Positions 59,417 through 64,000 of a stretch of DNA of 64,000 nucleotides are shown one piece after another. Source of the stretch: an uncultured delta proteobacterium (lineage in GTDB: Bacteria > Desulfobacterota > Binatia > UBA9968); assembly GCA_963737905.1 (NCBI GenBank), contig CAVTUQ010000025.1, positions 160,001-224,000 on the forward strand, in the 5' to 3' direction. Under the pieces are notes generated by a model. That model did not search any database, was not told where the DNA came from, and worked only from the letters and a program-made list of their open reading frames with translations. Numbering within the stretch: the first letter of the stretch is position 1; every line of letters begins with the position of its first letter. The position numbers and the translations under genes were made by a program.

Positions 59417-60574
59417 ATGCTGCCTTTTAGCAACGAACGCGCCATGTCCAAACTGACCTCGCCTTCTAGGTCAGATCGTATCGATCGTGCGCGGCGAAAA
59501 CTATGGCTCAGCGATGATGATTTTCAGTCGGAGATGTTAAAGGGGGTTTCCCGCACATTTGCCTTGACCATCCCACAGCTTCCGGCGGAGCTTTGTCGAG
59601 TCGTCTCCAATGCCTATCTCCTTTGCCGCATAGTCGACACGATCGAAGACGAGCCGTCTTTGAGTGGCGTGCAAAAAGACTCCTTTTGCCAACAGTTTGT
59701 GAAGACCCTAAACGTGGGCCGAAACGCTGAGCCGTTTTCTCGGCAACTGGGAGCAGCCCTCTCCAGCCAAACACCCACCGCCGAACACGAACTGATTCGC
59801 AACGTTCCTCGTGTCATTCGGATCACGCGCGGCTTCTCTGAACCACAGCGTGAAGCGCTGCTGCAGTGTGTCCGTACCATGGCCAAGGGAATGGGCCGAT
59901 TCCAGCTTCGGGGCGAAAAACATGGATTGCACAGCTTGGAAGACCTCGATCAATACTGCTACTACGTCGCAGGCGTTGTGGGCGAGATGTTAACCCGCCT
60001 GTTTTGTCTTCACTCACCGGAAGTCGCCAAGCAGCGCGATGCCCTGATGGCTTTGGGGGTCTCCTTCGGCCAGGGCCTGCAGATGACCAACATTCTCAAA
60101 GACGTCTGGGAGGATTATCAGCACGGCGCCTGTTGGTTGCCCCGAAAGATCTTCGCCGAAGAAGGCTTCGATCTCAGTGATTTAACGAAAACCCGAAACC
60201 GGCAAGGGTTCGAGCGTGGCGTTCAGCGTCTAGTCGGCATCGCGCATCGACACTTAAGAAACGCGTTGGCTTATACTTTACTGATTCCGAAACAGGAAAC
60301 TGGCATCCGTAACTTCTGCCTCTGGGCGATCGGCTTGGCCGTATTAACCTTGCGCAAGATCAACAATCACCTCGAGTACACGGACGGAAGCCAGGTGAAG
60401 ATATCGCGGCTGAGCGTCAAGGGAACCATCTTAGCAACCCAGCTGACGCGACAAAACGAGACTTTCCTGAAGCTTATCTTCTATTTTGCTGCATGGCCGT
60501 TGCCATTGGATTTTCACCCAACCGGCTCGCCATCACAGGGTGTAAGAACCGATAGAGCGAATCGGGCACTTTGA
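59417..60574 (+). CDS. squalene synthase (single-enzyme type)
   Basis: VSRTFAL, CRIVDTIED, YCYYVAGVVG, LQMTNILKD. Confidence 0.85.
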   Translation: MLPFSNERAMSKLTSPSRSDRIDRARRKLWLSDDDFQSEMLKGVSRTFALTIPQLPAELCRVVSNAYLLCRIVDTIEDEPSLSGVQKDSFCQQFVKTLNVGRNAEPFSRQLGAALSSQTPTAEHELIRNVPRVIRITRGFSEPQREALLQCVRTMAKGMGRFQLRGEKHGLHSLEDLDQYCYYVAGVVGEMLTRLFCLHSPEVAKQRDALMALGVSFGQGLQMTNILKDVWEDYQHGACWLPRKIFAEEGFDLSDLTKTRNRQGFERGVQRLVGIAHRHLRNALAYTLLIPKQETGIRNFCLWAIGLAVLTLRKINNHLEYTDGSQVKISRLSVKGTILATQLTRQNETFLKLIFYFAAWPLPLDFHPTGSPSQGVRTDRANRAL

Positions 60575-60596
60575 GTTCACTGGACGGCCTGACTTC

Positions 60597-62555
60597 ATGG
60601 GGCGCGGCACCGTACTCAGCACCGATCACCAATCAATTCCAAAAAGAAAAATCGAGACTCCGGACCGTCCGCACCAGCCTCAGCTGGCGCGCGCGGTTCA
60701 AAATGCCACGGGCGCTCTACTTGGGCTGCAACATCCGGACGGCTCCTGGTGTTTCGAGCTAGAAGCCGATTGTACCATCCCGGCTGAGTATATCCTGATG
60801 ATGCACTACATGGACGAGTTGGACGAATCGCTCCAGAAAAAGCTTGCTTCTTACCTACGCGGCCGCCAAGGGGAGGACGGTGGTTGGCCTCTTTACCACG
60901 GCGGTGGCGCTGAGATCAGTTGCTCCGTGAAAGCCTACTATGCGCTGAAGCTTGCCGGCGACAACCCTGACCTACCCCATATGGGCAAAGCCCGAGAAAC
61001 GATCCTACGCCTCGGCGGAGCCTCTCGGGCCAACGTATTCACCCGAATTATGCTTGCAATCTTCGAGCAAGTTCCTTGGCGCGCCGTACCGTTTTTGCCG
61101 GTGGAATGCATCCTGCTACCCCGCTGGTTTCCTTTTCATCTGTCCAAAGTCTCTTATTGGTCACGGACGGTGATGGTCCCTCTATTCATCCTCTACACGT
61201 TTAAGGCGCGCGCACGAAATCCTAAGCGGGTCTCGATCAGGGAGCTCTTTATCACTGACCCTTGGCAGGAAACAGACTATTTCCCAACTCATTCAACTCT
61301 AAATCGCGCCTTCCTCATGTTGGATCGACTGGGACTAAGACTCTACCCGTGGATTCCTCAAGGACTGCGCCGCCGCGCCATCAGAAAGGCCGAAGGCTGG
61401 ATATTGGAGCGGCTCAATGGCGAGGGCGGTCTAGGCGCCATATTTCCGGCCATGGTCAATGCCTATGAAGCACTGGGGTTACTCGGTTATCCGGTTGACC
61501 ATCCGCTGCGCGCGATACAACGACGAGCGATCGACGATCTCCTGGTGGTGCAGGATCAAAGCGCCTATTGCCAGCCCTGTGTGTCGCCCGTATGGGATAC
61601 CGCGTGGGCCTGTATCGCGTTGCAAAAGGTCGGTGACGAGCGGGGCAACGCCGCTGTCAAAAGAGCCTTCAAGTGGCTGGCTCGAAAGCAACTCCTAGAA
61701 GAGCCCCAGGACTGGAGGTTCAATCGTCCTCAAGTCAGGAGCGGTGGTTGGCCCTTTCAATTCAAAAATTCCCATTATCCCGATCTCGACGACACGGCGG
61801 CGGTCGCCTATGCGATGGATAAGAGCGGCGACGAGAGTTTGGGTAGCACGGTGCGGCGCGCAGCCGAATGGATTTGTGGCATGCAGTCGAGAAACGGGGG
61901 CTTTGCTTCATTTGATGCCGACAACGATCACACCTACCTCAACGAAATACCCTTTGCGGATCACGGTGCGCTACTGGATCCGCCCACAGAGGATGTGAGT
62001 GGGCGCTGTGTAATGTTGCTTTCGCAATTGGGGACTTCAGAATGCCAATCCGCTAAAAAAAAATGTCTCGACTACCTCTTTCGTTCTCAGGAGCCGGACG
62101 GCTCATGGTACGGAAGGTGGGGGACAAACTACATCTATGGCACCTGGTCCGTTCTTATGGGTTTGGAAGAAGCAGGAATAGGCGCAGAACATCAAGCGGT
62201 AAAGCGCGCCGCCGCTTGGCTTAAAAACACCCAGCGTGCCGATGGTGGATGGGGAGAAGGATGCGACACCTATTTTGATCCGTCCAAACGGGGCCGTGGA
62301 GAGCGTAGCACCTCTTTCCACACCGCTTGGGCTTTACTGGGGTTGATGAGCAGCGGCGAGGTTCACTCGGATTCGGTGGGCCGCGGCATCGATTTTCTCC
62401 TCCGCACGCAGTTGCCCAACGGCGTTTGGAGCGATCCCGATTTCAATGCACCCGGCTTTCCACGGGTCTTTTATTTAAAGTATCACGGCTATGATAAGTA
62501 CTTTCCCTTGCTAGCGCTGGCGCGCTATCGGAACTTAACGGCTGGGGAAAGATGA
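60597..62555 (+). CDS. shc: squalene-hopene cyclase
   Basis: QHPDGSW-type QW repeats, SPVWDT, YPDLDDTA. Confidence 0.96.
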   Translation: MGRGTVLSTDHQSIPKRKIETPDRPHQPQLARAVQNATGALLGLQHPDGSWCFELEADCTIPAEYILMMHYMDELDESLQKKLASYLRGRQGEDGGWPLYHGGGAEISCSVKAYYALKLAGDNPDLPHMGKARETILRLGGASRANVFTRIMLAIFEQVPWRAVPFLPVECILLPRWFPFHLSKVSYWSRTVMVPLFILYTFKARARNPKRVSIRELFITDPWQETDYFPTHSTLNRAFLMLDRLGLRLYPWIPQGLRRRAIRKAEGWILERLNGEGGLGAIFPAMVNAYEALGLLGYPVDHPLRAIQRRAIDDLLVVQDQSAYCQPCVSPVWDTAWACIALQKVGDERGNAAVKRAFKWLARKQLLEEPQDWRFNRPQVRSGGWPFQFKNSHYPDLDDTAAVAYAMDKSGDESLGSTVRRAAEWICGMQSRNGGFASFDADNDHTYLNEIPFADHGALLDPPTEDVSGRCVMLLSQLGTSECQSAKKKCLDYLFRSQEPDGSWYGRWGTNYIYGTWSVLMGLEEAGIGAEHQAVKRAAAWLKNTQRADGGWGEGCDTYFDPSKRGRGERSTSFHTAWALLGLMSSGEVHSDSVGRGIDFLLRTQLPNGVWSDPDFNAPGFPRVFYLKYHGYDKYFPLLALARYRNLTAGER

Positions 62556-63256
62556 TGCTTGGAATTGTTGTTTCGCTTTCTCGGGAACTAAAAAGCCTAA
62601 CCCGTCAAACGATCCCGGTGGGCACATGGAGAGCGATCTCGGATGACACACTAGTTGCTCTGTCGGGAATCGGAGCGGAGCGCGCGCACAAAGCCGGATC
62701 GGTTTTGGTTTCGCAAGGAGCAACAGCCCTGCTAAGTTGGGGGTTTGCGGCCGCACTCGACGATCGCCTACACGCTGGATGCCTGATCCTTCCCGAACGC
62801 ATCATTGGGGCAAACGGTGAAATTCACTCGGTAAGCGCCGCGTGGCATCGACAACTACATCAAACCCTGTCATCCAAACATCCCGTTCGCACAGAGGCTC
62901 TGGTTGAAAGTGATGCCGTTATAAAAACTTCGGCTGAAAAGCGGGCACTTGCCAAACAGACGCAAGCTGCGGCGACCGATATGGAGAGTGCAGCACAAGC
63001 AAGGCTTGCCAATGAGCACCGGCTTCCCTTTGTGGCAATCCGGGCAATTGTCGATACGGTATCGACCGATATTCCTGAAAACCTCCTAAAAGCACTCGAT
63101 CCCCAAGGCAATATTGGCGTCTGGGGACTTCTCACTCGAGCCTATCTCACGCCAGCAGATTGGATCAAAGTTGTGCAACTCTGTATCCAGTTTAACGCTG
63201 CGCAAAGAACGCTAAGCAAGACGCGAGCGCTTGTACTTGGTTCTTCACGGTTTTGA
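62552..63256 (+). CDS. hpnG: hopanoid-associated nucleoside phosphorylase
   Basis: SGIG, SWGFAAAL, DMESAA, RAIVD; directly after shc. Confidence 0.8.
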   Translation: MMLGIVVSLSRELKSLTRQTIPVGTWRAISDDTLVALSGIGAERAHKAGSVLVSQGATALLSWGFAAALDDRLHAGCLILPERIIGANGEIHSVSAAWHRQLHQTLSSKHPVRTEALVESDAVIKTSAEKRALAKQTQAAATDMESAAQARLANEHRLPFVAIRAIVDTVSTDIPENLLKALDPQGNIGVWGLLTRAYLTPADWIKVVQLCIQFNAAQRTLSKTRALVLGSSRF

Positions 63257-64000
63257 CTTATAGTGCCTATTTTCACAAGAGCCGATCACAGCAGCCCGAC
63301 GTCGGTAGACCCTTCCTTTCCAACGGCTTCGTTCGCCCCACCAGTACCGGATTGCAGACGTCCAGGTCATCGCGAGAAAAAGTGCGGCGATCAAAGGCAG
63401 AGCGAGCGCCCACGCCCATGATCGGTGATAAAATTGAAGTATGGGCACGTAAGTTAGGAACATAATCACCAACGAACCCAGTGAAGGATAGCGAAGTATT
63501 ATATTTGACGAAGCACCCACAACGACAGGGACCCCATAGACCAGCACCATCAACAGGGTGCATAGAGCCAACAGTCCCACCGAGTAGTGGAGCTGGGCAA
63601 ACGCCGTGCGAGCTACCATGTCCCATATTTCGCGCAGCTGCTGATAGGTCCGGACACTTTTAACCGAATGCGTCAGCCCCAACCAGATCTTAAATCCTTG
63701 TGACTTCACTCGCCCGGCTAGGGCACAATCGTCGATGACGGCCGACTTGATTGACGTAAACCCACCGATTTGATTCAGCAGCCTAGTCTCCACAAGGATG
63801 CAGCCGCCGGCCGCCGCCGCCACCTTAGCATGATGAGAGTTCACCCGGCGAAACGGATAGAGGATCTTGAAGAAGTGTACAAAGGCGGGCATCAGCAATT
63901 TCTCCCAGGTACCGGACATCGAAGGCATGGCCATGAGAGAAACGAATGGAACACCTTCCCGATCCATCTTCTCTCTAAGAGTCTTAACGATCCCCCGGGC
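63245..64000 (-). CDS. hpnB: hopanoid-associated GT2 glycosyltransferase, HpnB-like (5' end beyond window)
   Basis: AAAAGGCIL, IGGF, IDDCALA, MVARTAF.QL, WKGR. Confidence 0.8.
   Translation of the reverse strand, partial: ARGIVKTLREKMDREGVPFVSLMAMPSMSGTWEKLLMPAFVHFFKILYPFRRVNSHHAKVAAAAGGCILVETRLLNQIGGFTSIKSAVIDDCALAGRVKSQGFKIWLGLTHSVKSVRTYQQLREIWDMVARTAFAQLHYSVGLLALCTLLMVLVYGVPVVVGASSNIILRYPSLGSLVIMFLTYVPILQFYHRSWAWALALPLIAALFLAMTWTSAIRYWWGERSRWKGRVYRRRAAVIGSCENRHYKSKP

Noticed and set aside
52117-64000. Integrative element at tRNA-Glu
   Set aside because: No integrase or duplicated tRNA 3' end seen in the window, so it cannot be supported

Overview
Bacterial chromosomal window with about 50 CDS and 3 tRNAs. 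Gene content suggests a Binatia/Deltaproteobacteria-like organism, which is an inference. 1-15 kb holds housekeeping and accessory enzymes: a YfhL-type ferredoxin fusion, tRNA-Cys, grxC, coaE, efp, a Glu dehydrogenase, HIT, two Rieske proteins, cysQ-like, pncA, an orphan kinase, an XDH-family Mo subunit, sfsA and a frameshifted prolyl oligopeptidase. 15-36 kb is a GntR-linked block (UbiD, ABC parts, cyclic amidohydrolase, XDH-family M/S/L subunits), followed by amidohydrolases, pyrE and pyrR. 36-48 kb is an unusual signalling cassette: two intact FabF-like ketosynthases, an ACP, FadL and a small HTH protein, coupled to a multi-TM/GAF kinase, a degenerate REC-AAA-HisKA chimera, a sigma54 activator and a sigma54-promoter-driven REC-kinase operon. 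48-52 kb holds divergent glnS/gltX with tRNA-Gln and tRNA-Glu. 52-58 kb is a phcBSR-like fatty-acid-methyl-ester quorum-sensing operon with a double-kinase sensor. 58-64 kb is hopanoid biosynthesis. Several single-base frameshifts may be sequencing errors. All calls come from motif reading; no database searches were run.
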